Below, in pieces: positions 44,199 to 57,221 of a DNA stretch of 64,000 nt. Made by a program: the position numbers and the translations under genes. The DNA lies in NCBI GenBank assembly GCA_002269645.1, contig NIVC01000833.1, positions 1 through 64,000 on the forward strand, given 5' to 3'. Position 1 is the stretch's first letter; every line of letters begins with the position of its first letter. Below the pieces are notes generated by a model that saw only the letters and a program-made list of their open reading frames with translations, did not search any database and was not told the origin of the DNA. This stretch comes from Macrostomum lignano. Taxonomy: Eukaryota.

Positions 44199-44959
44199 TG
44201 AGGCAGGCCCAATATTTTTATACGTATACCATTTCGAATTTACGCCAAATTTCTTGGTTACGGAATTATTTTGTTATAGCGAAAAATAATTATTTTGTTT
44301 AAATTGATATTTTGTTTAACCACGTCCCGCGCACCCGTCCTCCCCCTCAGTAAACCTATAAATACAAGCGTTTTCGGGCTTTAAAAACTTCGCCCGCCGT
44401 TTCCTCGATTCGGTCAAGAAAAGCAAAACGTGTTGTCTTAGTCACTGGAAAGCAAGACAGGAGAAAAAGCTGTAAGAGGCCAGAAAAGCCGTAAGAGGCC
44501 AAGAAAGCTGTGAGAAGCCAGAAAAGCCGTAAGAGGCCAAGAAAAACTGTAAGAAGCCAGAAAAAGCCGTAAGAGGCCAGGAAAGCTGTGAGAAGCCAGA
44601 AATAGACGGTTGACGAGTCGGGCAACTCCTTCCCAGGGAGCCCGCAACTAAATATAGGGAATTAATAGTAGTAATAATAATAGTAGTGAGATTCATAATT
44701 ACATGTAGACCAGTGTTTGCCGCTCGACACTGCTACCAGGGCGCCTTGCATAGATTCAAGGAGTCCTTAGATTAGAATTCTAGACTTGATATTTTCTAAG
44801 AAGCAGCAATTGACTAAGCAATTTTATGGAGTAATAACTATCTTAATTTACAACAACTTGGTAACAGCAGTGGGATTTTAGCAGACAGAAATATCCCCTG
44901 CGACAACTTGGTGACATCGGTAGGATAGTCTACAATTTAGTTAAACACCCCCTGGTACA
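44199..44959 (+). repeat. 3' LTR (761 bp)
   Basis: Direct repeat of 35491-36250, followed by TSD ATAG. Confidence 0.95.
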
Positions 44960-45943
44960 ATAGCTAATAGCTAATAGAGATAGCCAAGCCTTATCTTTTA
45001 TAATCCAAGCCCAAGGCTTAATGCAAATATAAAAGTAGTCTTTTAGATAGTATTTTCTTAAAGCTTGAATATGCAAGCTTAAATATTATTTTTTGCTAGC
45101 CTAGTCTAGTCTTTAGTAGACTTATTAGCATTAGTATAAAAAAGTGTTTTAGCAATAGTGTCTGGATATACATATATACACTAGAAATATTTAAATCATT
45201 ATTTTGAGCAGTTTTAATTTTCTTCTGAATAATTCTAATGTATTTAATAGAAAATATCTTAGACTTTGTAATTGTTGTTTTGTTCAATTTTTAAAGCAAA
45301 GGATAAAAGTAATGAGTAATAGTTTGAATTATTCATTTTTTTAATTGCTCTATTAATTGAAATTTAATCTAAATATTTTGTATGATAATGTGTCCATTTA
45401 GAGAATGGCTTTATACTTATTATCTATATCTTAGGCTAAGGACTATTGGTGCTTTTTATATCATTGTTGTCTTATTGGACCTACCTAGTTCTTGTTTTTA
45501 ACTTTTGACAAATATGCTGTGATAGGCCTAGGAATTATATGTTCCCTTGTTCCTTTAATAAGATGGTTTTTGTAACATAGTTTCATATTGAAATCATTTT
45601 AAAGTACAATTTTGTGATTTGTATGTAAAGTGCATTAGTTTTCATTTTATTGTATATATTTTAATTTATAAAAAAATCCATTAAATAAAAGACAACTTGT
45701 AAAATAACTGCATATTGTGTGCAATACCTAGCTGGGTGAGCTGGGTGACCACATTAGATATGTTGCAATTGCAAACTAGTCAATAGAATAAAAAGGCATT
45801 GAATCTGTTTATTAAGCTAAATGTTTTGTTTTATATACATAGCAGTAAAATTGTTATATTATCGATTTTTAGAGTCAATGTTGCAGTATTACTAGCAGTA
45901 GTCTATCTCAATAATAAATGCATGCCAAGCTTCATCAGTTTGA

Positions 45944-46420
<477 letters not shown>

Positions 46421-46765
46421 ATAATTCTGTTTGCTGCCAATAAGAGACGCCTTGATTGACAGACTTGTGTCAGAGTGCTTGAGATGCGGGCTGTTGTAGA
46501 GCTAAATACATCTAGTTAGGCGTTGGCTTATTGATTTCGAATGCGCTGAAATCACTTGTGTGGATTTGAAGAGAAAAAACGATAGTAGTTTAACAGTCTT
46601 CAATAACCGTTTTTTTTCTTTTTCTTATCTTTCTCTAGTGCTGAGGCAAGACTGCGGACCAGAATAGGGGAGAGAAGAAAGAGAATTGAGATAAGAGAAA
46701 AATGAGAGGAGATTAGATAGTAGGTAGCTGAGATGAGACATAAACGTTAAATGGAGAAACAATAG

Positions 46766-48826
46766 AGGAGAGGTGAGGAAGGACAAGAGAGTAGAGATGA
46801 GGACAAGAGAGTAGAGGTGAGGAGAGACAAGAGAGTAGAGGTGAGGAGAGACAAGAGAGTAGAGGTGAGGAGGGACAAGAGAGTAGAGGTGAGGAGAGAC
46901 AAGAGAGTAGAGGTGAGGAGGGACAAGAGAGTAGAGGTGAGGAGAGACAAGAGAGTAGAGGTGAGGAGAGACAAGAGAGTAGAGGTGAGGAGAGACAAGA
47001 GAGTAGAGGTGAGGAGAGACAAGAGAGTAGAGGTGAGGAGAGACAAGAGAGTAGAGGTGAGGAGAGACAAGAGAGTAGAGATGATGAGAGACAAGAGAGT
47101 AGAGGTGAGGAGAGACAAGAGAGTAGAGGTGAGGAGAGACAAGAGAGTAGAGGTGAGGAGAGACAAGAGAGTAGAGGTGAGGAGAGACAAGAGAGTAGAG
47201 GTGAGGAGAGACAAGAGAGTAGAGGTGAGGAGAGACAAAAGAGTAGAGGTGAGGAGAGACAAGAGAGTAGAGGTGAGGAGAGACAAGAGAGTAGAGGTGA
47301 GGAGAGACAAGAGAGTAGAGGTGAGGAGAGACAAGAGAGTAGAGGTGAGGAGGGACAAGAGAGTAGAGGTGAGGAGAGACAAGAGAGTAGAGGTGAGGAG
47401 GGACAAGAGAGTAGAGGTGAGGAGAGACAAGAGAGTAGAGGTGAGGAGAGACAAGAGAGTAGAGGTGAGGAGAGACAAGAGAGTAGAGGTGAGGAGAGAC
47501 AAGAGAGTAGAGGTGAGGAGAGACAAGAGAGTAGAGGTGAGGAGAGACAAGAGAGTAGAGGTGAGGAGAGACAAGAGAGTAGAGATGATGAGAGACAAGA
47601 GAGTAGAGGTGAGGAGAGACAAGAGAGTAGAGGTGAGGAGAGACAAGAGAGTAGAGGTGAGGAGAGACAAGAGAGTAGAGGTGAGGAGAGACAAGAGAGT
47701 AGAGGTGAGGAGAGACAAGAGAGTAGAGGTGAGGAGAGACAAAAGAGTAGAGGTGAGGAGAGACAAGAGAGTAGAGGTGAGGAGAGACAAGAGAGTAGAG
47801 GTGAGGAGAGACAAGAGAGTAGAGGTGAGGAGAGACAAGAGAGTAGAGGTGAGGAGAGACAAAAGAGTAGAGGTGAGGAGAGACAAGAGAGTAAAGGTGA
47901 GGAGAGACAAGAGAGTAGAGGTGAGGAGAGACAAGAGAGTAGAGGTGAGGAGAGACAAGAGAGTAGAGGTGAGGAGAGACAAGAGAGTAGAGGTGAGGAG
48001 AGACAAGAGAGTAGAGATGAGGAGAAACAAAAGAGTAGAGGTGAGGAGAGACAAGAGAGTAGAGGTGAGGAGAGACAAGAGAGTAGAGGTGAGGAGAGAA
48101 AAAAGAGTAGAGATGAGGAGAGAAAAAAGAGTAGAGGTGAGGAGAGACAAGAGAGTAGAGGTGAGGAGAGACAAGAGAGTAGAGATGAGGAGAGACAAGA
48201 GAGTAGAGGTGAGGAGAGACAAGAGAGTAGAGGTGAGGAGAGACAAGAGAGTAGAGATGAGGAGAGAAAAAAGAGTAGAGGTGAGGAGAGACAAGAGAGT
48301 AGAGATGAGGAGAGACAAGAGAGTAGAGGTGAGGAGAGACAAGAGAGTAGAGGTGAGGAGAGACTAGAGAGTAGAGGTGAGGAGAGACAAGAGAGTAGAG
48401 GTGAGGAGAGACAAGAGAGTAGAGATGAGGAGAGACAAAAGAGTAGAGGTGAGGAGAGACAAGAGAGTAGAGATGAGGAGAGACAAGAGAGTAGAGGTGA
48501 GGAGGGACAAGAGAGTAGAGGTGAGGAGAGACAAGAGAGTAGAGGTGAGGAGAGAAAAAAGAGTAGAGATGAGGAGAGAAAAAAGAGTAGAGGTGAGGAG
48601 AGACAAGAGAGTAGAGATGAGGAGAGACAAGAGAGTAGAGGTGAGGAGAGACAAGAGAGTAGAGGTGAGGAGAGACAAGAGAGTAGAGGTGAGGAGAGAC
48701 AAGAGAGTAGAGGTGAGGAGAGACAAGAGAGTAGAGATGAGGAGAGACAAGAGAGTAGAGGTGAGGAGAGACAAGAGAGTAGAGGTGAGGAGAGACAAGA
48801 GAGTAGAGGTGAGGAGAGACAAGAGA
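46766..48826. repeat. 24-bp satellite (GTGAGGAGAGACAAGAGAGTAGAG)n, about 86 units
   Basis: Visible homogeneous tandem array. Confidence 0.98.
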
Positions 48827-49198
48827 GGAGTGATTCGTGAAGTTTCAAAGGACCTGAGGGCGGAATTAGATATACTTTGCTGGTCGAAGTTTTCAGGCCT
48901 ACATGTATACATTGTAAAGTGTAATTTTTATAAAGAAATAATTCATCTTTAGCCAGTTTCAAAATAATTAGGTAGTTTTCCTCAATGTACACCCTGTTTG
49001 AGCGTGGGAAAAATGTTAGGGCGGTCAGAAATTAGGTAGACTAAAAATAGCTCTGAAACATTACGAGTATTCTCTACTCCAAGCCCCAGTTATACCAGCT
49101 ATAGTCTTCGGGTTTGCACTTTTAGAACGACTGCATGTCTTTTGCACTTTTTAAGAGTGCTAATATACACAGCTTTACATATACGCTTGTACATGTAC

Positions 49199-50012
49199 AG
49201 TACTGCTGGGTCACTGATCAGCTCTCTAGAGATCTTGTTGAGGTCACTGAGCAGCTGACTAGAGATACTGCTGGGTCACTGATCAGCTCTCTAGAGATCT
49301 TGTTGAGGTCACTGATCAGCTGTCTAGAGATCTTGTTGAGGTCACTGAGCAGCTGACTAGAGATACTGCTGGGTCACTGATCAGCTGACTAGAGATCTTG
49401 TTGAGGTCACTGATCAGCTGTCTAGAGATCTTGTTGAGGTCACTGATCAGCTGTCTAGAGATCTTGTTGAGGTCACTGATCAGCTGTCTAGAGATCTTGT
49501 TGAGGTCACTGATCAGCTGACTAGAGATACTGCTGGGTCACTGATCAGCTGACTAGAGATCTTGTTGAGGTCACTGATCAGCTGACTAGAGATACTGCTG
49601 GGTCACTGATCAGCTGTCTAGAGATCTTGTTGAGGTCACTGATCAGCTGACTAGAGATACTGCTGGGTCACTGATCAGCTGACTAGAGATCTTGTTGAGG
49701 TCACTGATCAGCTGACTAGAGATACTGCTGGGTCACTGATCAGCTGTCTAGAGATCTTGTTGAGGTCACTGATCAGCTGACTAGAGATACTGCTGGGTCA
49801 CTGATCAGCTGTCCAGAGATACTGCTGGGTCACTGATCAGCTGACTAGAGATCTTCTTGAGGTCACTGATCAGCTGACTAGAGATACTACACTGGGTCAC
49901 TGATCAGCTGTCTAGAGCTACTGCTAGGTCACTGATCAGCTGACTAGAGATTCCGTTGGGGTCACGATCAGCTGACTAGAGATTCCGTTGGGGTCACGAT
50001 CAGCTGACTAGG
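49199..50012. repeat. Mixed 32/33-bp tandem array (GATCAGCTGACTAGAGATACTGCTGGGTCACT / GATCAGCTGTCTAGAGATCTTGTTGAGGTCACT)
   Basis: Two interspersed unit variants, about 25 units. Confidence 0.95.
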
Positions 50013-50281
50013 GATCAGTAGAAATTTTATCCTACACCCTACTCATTATATCCTATATCGGTAGAGCTGTAACGTGCATTTACATGTACATATGTAAGGT
50101 GCAAAAATTATCAAAGTGCTTCAATCTGCACGTACTACGAGCGTATATTCACTGCCCAATTGCCATAGACTAATCGATAGACAAATTTCAACCAGCTCAA
50201 TCGCTTCATTTGAGCATAGCCCAAGCTCAGCTGTTTACGGGCGGGTTAAAAGTACTCACGCACAAAGCTCAGTGCAGTGCC

Positions 50282-53200
50282 ATGCCGTCGACTTCAACTC
50301 CAATTCCGCCCGAGAGTCTCGGCGGCGTCAGCAGCACCTCGCAGTCGTCCAGCGAGGACTCCGCCGCGGTCAGCGAGGACTCCTCAACAGCCACTTCTCC
50401 GGCCTCGGTGTCGGCGAAATTTCGTCGCCGAATGCAGGAGACCTCGGAGCCCGTGATGCAGCGTACCTGCTGCCCCTGCTGCGACAGGAACTTTCTCAAG
50501 GCCTCGGAGCTGCTCGCCTCTTTCAAGGAGCACCTGAAGCAGGCGCTGGCTGCGCAGCAGGAACAGCAGAAGAGCAAAAAACAGAACGGCAGTGAGCTGA
50601 CTGAGAGTCCTGTGCTGCATGGCATGAGTCAGGTAACTCCACTCAGCGACCTGGTGGTGTTAGATAAGGATTGTTAGATAAGGATTCAACCTGTTAGAAA
50701 CAGGTAAGAATTCAACCTGTTAGATACAGGTAAGAATTCAACCTGTTAGATAAGGATTCAACCTGTTAGATACAGGTAAGAATTCAACCTGTTAGATAAG
50801 GATTCAACCTGTTAGACACTAGTTTCACCTGTTAGACACCAGTAACACATGTTAGGCACCAGTTTCACCTGTTAGACACCAGTTTTACCTGTTAGACACC
50901 AGCCTCACCTGTTAGCCAGGTTGAAGCCCTCAATTAAAATTTGCAGACTGAAAGCAAAATCTTTCTTGGAGACGATTTCCTGAGCCGACTGCTCGCCAGG
51001 TGCAACTGTGACTTCGTGCGCGCCTCGGAGCGCCTGACGGTAGCCCGGACTGTGCATCAGAAGTACACCTTGGATACCAGCGTGTCCTGCAAGGTGTGCA
51101 CTCAACGGCCTGGATTTCACAGCTTCCGTCAGGTGAGCTATGATTTATGACTAGCTAGTGCACGGGCTTGTAAACCTTATTGTTTTTTAAAACTGTTTGG
51201 CCGCCTACAGATCTCATTCGGTTTGTTATGCCATCAAGTGTATGATCCTATCCAGTTTGTGATCCCATCCAGTTTATGATCCCATCCAGTTTATGATCCC
51301 ATACAGTTTATGATCCCATCCAGTTTATGATCCCATCCAGTTTATTATCCCATCCAGTTTATTATCCCATCCAGTTTATTATCCTATCCGTTTTACTGAT
51401 CCCATACAGTTTATGATCCCATCCAGTTTATGATCCCATCCAGTTTATTATCCTATCCGTTTTATGATCCCATCCAGTTTATGATCCCATCCAGTTTATG
51501 ATCCCATCCAGTTTATTATCTTATCCGTTTTATGATCTCATCCAGTTTATGATCCCATCCAGTTTATGATCCCATCCAGTTTGTGATCCCATCCAGTTTA
51601 TGATCCCATCCAGTTTATGATCCCATCCAGTTTGCGACTCAAACTTTATTTTTAACAGTTTGATCCCATTTGTCTAATCGCGTCCAACTCTCCCCCCATG
51701 GCATCTGAACTTCAGGTGGGCTTTGACCGCTGCGGTAAGCCAGTGCTGTACACCTGCCTTAATCAGGACTTTGAGACCGGCACCCAGCCCGAACAGGTAC
51801 GGGACTACCTGCTGCACATGATTCTCATTGTCAAAGAGGCTGAAAAGACCATTCCTGAGAGCCAGCACTCTCTAGTATTGGTGTTCGACGCCACGGGTCT
51901 CGGCATGAATCACGTCCGCACGGACACTGTGTCGCAGTTTGGCGAAATCCTGCGCTACTTCCCCGCTAGAATGAGCTACGCATTAGTGCTTAACATGAGC
52001 AGGTGAGTGCTCAGGGCATTCGGGTTGGCGCTGGGGGAGTTTGTTCTCGAGGTGAATTGAGTATCGAACAGGTAGATTGAGTATCGAACAGGTAGATTGA
52101 GTATCGAACAAGTAGATTGAGTATTGAACAAGTAGATTGAGTATCAAACAAGTAGATTGAGTATCGAACAGGTGGATTGAGTATCAAACAGGTAAATTGA
52201 GTATCGAACAGGTAGATTGAGTATCGAACAGGTGGATTGAGTATTGAACAAGTAGATTGAGTATCAAACAGGTGGATTGAGTATTGAACAAGTAGATTGA
52301 GTATTGAACAAGTAGATTGAGTATCAAACAGGTGGATTGAGTATCGAAACAGGTGGATTGAGTATCGAACAGGTGGATTGAGTATCGAAACAGGTAGATT
52401 GAGTATCGAACAGGTAGATTGAGTATCAAACAGGTGGATTGAGTATCGAACAGGTAGATTGAGTATCGAACAGGTAGATTGAGTATCAAACAGGTAGATT
52501 GAGTATCGAACAGGTAGATTGAGTATCGAACAGGTAGATTGAGTATCGAACAGGTAGATTGAGTATCGAACAGGTAGATTGAGTATCGAACAGGTAGATT
52601 GAGTATCAAACAGGTGGATTGAGTATCGAACAGGTAGATTGAGTATCGAACAGGTAGATTGAGTATCGAACAGGTAGATTGAGTATCGAAACAGGTGGAT
52701 TGAGTATCGAACAGGTGGATTGAGTATCGAACAGGTAGATTGAGTATCAAACAGGTGGATTGAGTATCGAAACAGGTGGATTGAGTATCGAACAGGTGGA
52801 TTGAGTATCGAAACAGGTAGATTGAGTATCAAACAGGTGGATTGAGTATCAAATAGGTGGATTGAGTATCGAACAGGTAGATTGAGTATCGAAACAGGTG
52901 GATTGAGTATCGAACAGGTGGATTGAGTATCGAACAGGTAGATTGAGTATCAAACAGGTGGATTGAGTATCAAACAGGTGGATTGAGTATCGAAACAGGT
53001 AGATTGAGTATCAAAACAGGTGGATTGAGTATCGAAACAGGTAGATTGAGTATCAAACAAACAGGTGGATTGAGTATCGAAACAGGTAGATTGAGTATCG
53101 AAACAGGTAGATTGAGTATCGAACAGGTAGATGGAGTATCAAACAAGTGGATTGAGTATCAAACAGGTAGATTGAGTGTCGAACAGGTAGATTGAGTATT

Positions 53201-53606
53201 GAACAGGTAGATTGAGCATCACAGGGGATTTTTAGCATTGACTCTTATGCAGTTTTTGAGCCAGCAATTAAAGCTCTACTCTTCAAACCATATTTATCAA
53301 CTCTGCAGGGTGACCCGGTTCCTGCTGAAGCCCATCATTCACCTGACGGGGCACCAGGATGATGTAGTCCTACTGCCCAGCGGCAACCTGGAGCCCCAAC
53401 TATCCGAGTGCTTCGACGCCCCCCTCGCCCGCTGGATGACGCGCGAGTCGGAGCGCAACGAGACGGCCCGGATGCCGTTCTGGACTGCGCCAGAGGAGGC
53501 GTCGGGCGCTGCTCACGATCCCAGAGGCGAGCCGGCCTACGTCAATAACTTCGTGAAGCGCCGGCACCCGTGCGGCCATCGGCCCCATCCTTCCATCGTG
53601 ACCTGA
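50282..53606 (+). CDS. CRAL-TRIO (Sec14-like) lipid-binding domain protein; exons 50282-50632, 50947-51132, 51716-52002, 53309-53606
   Basis: DDFLSRLLAR.N.D..RA (CRAL-TRIO N), CKVC..RPGFHSFRQ|VGFD..GKPVLY, VFDATG, YFPARM and FW..P...HDPRG...YV...GH.PHP. Splice phases are consistent. Confidence 0.82.
50655..50915. repeat. Intron-1 minisatellite (variants of TGTTAGATAAGGATTCAACC)
   Basis: Visible 18-25-bp units sharing CCTGTTAGA. Confidence 0.85.
51240..51635. repeat. Intron-2 17-bp minisatellite (GATCCCATCCAGTTTAT)n
   Basis: About 23 visible units. Confidence 0.93.
52055..53215. repeat. Intron-3 20/21-bp minisatellite (GATTGAGTATCGAACAGGTA)n
   Basis: About 57 visible units. Confidence 0.96.
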
Positions 53607-54009
53607 GAGTTCACCTCGCTTCTAAACACTTTATAACAAAAGTTTACTTTTGGTTGGGAGTGAATTAATTGGAATTTGTTTTCAAATACAGAAACTCTTG
53701 CGACGACATCAGAGTGTCAATTATGTCTGCTGCTTTCGAGTGCTTTCTGGGTAGCCGTCCAGAATTTCAGGTATTTTTAGGAGATTCTGGCATCGCCGCG
53801 CACCATTATGTGGCCAATTTTTCCAGCTGGTATGTCAGGTCGAGTACTTTTATGGCTCAACTAACATCTTATCTGGTGGTGTGTCGACGAGCGCTTATGG
53901 TACTTTTTTAGAAAATCACGTTTGATTATTCTGTGGGGTTTTCATTGATTATTGTTGGTTCCTTCAGTTGTTGTTAGGTGTTTAAATTGTTTTGAGGTGT
54001 CATTTGTGA

Positions 54010-54365
54010 GGTGTGTCAGTTGTTGTCAGGTGTGTCAGTTGTTGTGAGGTGTGTTAGTTGTTGTGAGGTGTGCCAGTTGTTGTGAGGTGTGTTAGTTGTT
54101 GTGAGGTGTGCCAGTTGTTGTGGGGTGTGTTAGTTGTTGTGAGGTGTGTTAGTTGTTGTGAGGTGTGCCAGTTGTTGTGAGGTGTGTCAGTTGTTGTGAG
54201 GTGTGTCAGTTGTTGTGAGGTGTGTCAGTTGTTGTGAGGTGTGTCAGTTGTTGTGAGGTGTGTCAGTTGTTGTGAGGTGTGTCAGTTGTTGTGAGCTGTG
54301 GCAGTTGTTGTGAGGTGTGTCAGTTGTTGTGAGCTGTGGCAGTTGTTGTGAGGTGTGTCAGTTGT
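54010..54365. repeat. 19-bp minisatellite (GTGTCAGTTGTTGTGAGGT)n
   Basis: Visible tandem units. Confidence 0.93.
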
Positions 54366-55550
54366 CAGGTGTATCATTAGTTGTTGGTTGTCAGGCGTGT
54401 CAGTTTTGGTCAGGTTTTTCACATGCTCTCGCATGAGAAGTGGTTCAGCGAGGTTTAAGAGTCTCACAATATGCAAGGTTTACGCTCATACGCTCGATTT
54501 ATATAGAACTACAGCTAAACAAACATGGACTTTTAATCATATTACGTCACGTCGGTTAAAGACGTTTTAAGCGCGCATTTCAAGCGTAAATAGAAATGGC
54601 TGTGCAATTAGTAGGCGTGAGTAAAGTTTTAATCTAACCTTTACAAATAAACCATGGTACAGTTGGCAGTAATCAGCAAGATAAAAACGCTTCAGATAGC
54701 CAAGTACACCTGCATACACTGTTATAGGTGACTAATGAGAGTTAAAATTATAGAAAACTCTGACCAGAAGACAGAATTGAAGCTGGCACACATTGCCCTG
54801 TGAGCATAAGCGCATTGTGTGCAGTATACAATAAAATCGGCACTGGGATTTGGCATTCTCTATACGCGATCGCTTACAGAAAAAGTTGAAAAATACATGC
54901 AGTTCATGATGATTAAAACCAAAGAAGTTACCAAGGACAACTTAACAACAGTTGTTGAGTAGTCCTTACACTTAGGCAACATGATGGATATTTTACATCA
55001 CACGGGTGTCAATAAGTACTCGAACATGCATTTGGCAGCTTAGTGGCAGGTGTACGTTGTATCTCTCATAGCTCCAATCAAATATACTGCAGACTTAAAT
55101 TGACGTTATTATAGTCATTCTGTTAATTCATAACCTATAATATAGTAATATAATCTTTGATTCTTCATTAATGCGCAGAAAAGTGGACAGACAATAAGTG
55201 CTGGCTTGAGAGAAGCGAGACACCACGATAGCTCGTATTCCGTGTTAAAAATGACAAGTTCAAGACACAAATAATGGGTCTATATTCGCGATTTAATTAC
55301 CAAAAATTTTAGTAGACTCGAAAATGAATTACATGCATGCATTATCAACGTTCAGTCGGTTCAAATTCACGCAGCAGTAATTATACAAACAGTTCAGAAA
55401 GGCGCATATACAAGACGGAGACTGTATGTAGAACAATTGCAAAACATAGGGTGATTATTACTGGTACAGTACACTGCACACAGGTTTAACCAATGCGGAT
55501 GGTGTGTGTGACGTTACGTCACGTTACGTCACCGCAGGTCACCCTTGGTT

Positions 55551-56294
55551 TCAGCAGCTGACTGGCGCAGAGTCTCGCAGCGATTCAGTTGACGCAGGCG
55601 TCGCCACCGCTGTTTTGTCAGCTGCAGTGGCCGCCTCCGCTGCTGACGTCGAGTCTTCTCCAACAGAGACATCATCTATGGATGTCTGCTGAAGTGCTGG
55701 CTGCTGTTGCAGTTGCTCCTGCTGTGAGGACGGCTGCTGCTGCGATGCCGCGGTAGCATCAACACCAGATGGAGGCTCCGGCTGTTCTGGTATCGCCTCC
55801 GCGTCTGCCGCTGCTGCCGCTGCTCCAGCGGGCGATCCCGCGGACGTGGCTGCCTGCGCGGCGGAAGGCCGGACCCTGTCGCGACGAAGGCTGCCGGCGC
55901 TGCGCGACAGCCGACGACTCGACGCCCGACGGAAGCTGCGAAACGATCGAAACGAGGAGCCGAGCGAGCCGCAGTCGGCCGTGTCCTCGTCGACGCTGCC
56001 GGCTTCGGCGTCGCCGTTGCTCGGCTTCTTGGAGTCGCCGCCGCGGGCGTAGAACCGCTTAGCTATCGATGACTTTCGCTCCGGAGTGCAGAAGCAGCGG
56101 TTGCACCAGCAGCCCAGGCCGGCCAGGAGCAGCAGCAGCAGGCTGGCGCACAGGAGCCCGATGCCAGCAGCAGTCTGCGAGGCGATCCCCTTCGAGTCGC
56201 CGTTGCCCCACAGGCTGCCACCAACGATGAGAGAGACTGCCCCCAGCAGTGACAGCGCCATAATCACCGGGGTGCTTTCGTCGAGGCACAGCAT
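55551..56294 (-). CDS. Uncharacterised 247-aa membrane protein: two N-terminal hydrophobic helices, Cys cluster, long low-complexity tail
   Basis: GC-rich ORF; VIMALSLLGAVSLIVGGSLWG and AAGIGLLCASLLLLLLAGLG are followed by CWCNRCFC. An acceptor-like CCCCATAG lies 4 nt upstream of the ATG. Confidence 0.65.
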   Translation of the reverse strand: MLCLDESTPVIMALSLLGAVSLIVGGSLWGNGDSKGIASQTAAGIGLLCASLLLLLLAGLGCWCNRCFCTPERKSSIAKRFYARGGDSKKPSNGDAEAGSVDEDTADCGSLGSSFRSFRSFRRASSRRLSRSAGSLRRDRVRPSAAQAATSAGSPAGAAAAAADAEAIPEQPEPPSGVDATAASQQQPSSQQEQLQQQPALQQTSIDDVSVGEDSTSAAEAATAADKTAVATPASTESLRDSAPVSC

Positions 56295-57221
56295 GTCTCT
56301 ATGGGGAGGGGTGAATATAACGGCAATGCAGTTCCTTCAAGTTCTAAGAAGCAAATCTATTATAAGCCGGAGAGACACGCCTAAATATGAGGCCATTTTC
56401 TTGTCCATTCATTGCTCATTGGTTCTGCAAGAAATCCAAGCAGTTGTTTTTGTTCCCCTCCTACACCACTGCAGCGGGGCCGGGCGGCTATCAATCTCTG
56501 CTCAAAAACCGGAGAGGGTTGGAAAGATTGTAGAAAGATCTCAGAGTAGGCTTATGACTAGGTGGTGCCACAAGATTCACTGCATTGTTGAGACAGAGAG
56601 AAGGGTAAGAGAGCTATAGTAGAGGAGAGAGAGAACTGTGCGTACTAAATTCATACCTTTGCACGTACGTTCACTGCCTTCGGTATAATGTCAATTGTCA
56701 GAGCAGTTGGTGAAGGCATGAGGGATAAGCATTTTGTGTAAACAGCAACCCAAAATTGCACCGAAATTGCGCGTTGTATGCGGTCTGACGTCTGTAAGGC
56801 TTTAAGGTGGTACGCGGAAAGAGAGAGGAGGTGGAGAAATGACGAAGGCGGTTTTTGAGCACCCCAGGTTGTGGGACACGCTGACTAAGCTATATTGCAG
56901 ACGCCCAGAGGGGTGCTATATGGACCGTAGACACAAAATGAAACCGTAGATAGAATTGGCAGAAATATGAGTAAATTTTCGCAAGATTTGAGACCTCCGC
57001 GCAGCCCCAATGTACAAATCCATTTAAAGAAGCACATTTTTTAAGAACCAATTCCTTCTTTAGTTTTATGAATCACCTTATTCGATTAAAACTGTCATGA
57101 ACAAAGATGCTCTGAGATTTTCAAGAGATTTTGAATCTCTTGCTTCTAAAAGCAACAAAAGGAAGACAGAAAATAAAGCCCTCACAAAGATTACAGACAT
57201 TCACCCTAAATTGAAAGCATC

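Larger units (their letters stand above)
35491..44959 (+). mobile_element. Full-length young Ty3/Gypsy LTR retrotransposon (about 9.47 kb) with extra ORF3
   Basis: TG...CA LTRs at 35491-36250 and 44199-44959, 4-bp TSD ATAG, PBS, gag, PR-RT-RH-IN domain order, PPT. Confidence 0.97.

Noticed and set aside
46713-48992. 759-, 531- and 516-aa ORFs (LLSCLSSP, RRDKRVEV)
   Set aside because: Products of the 24-bp satellite; open on both strands, with no splice or start context.
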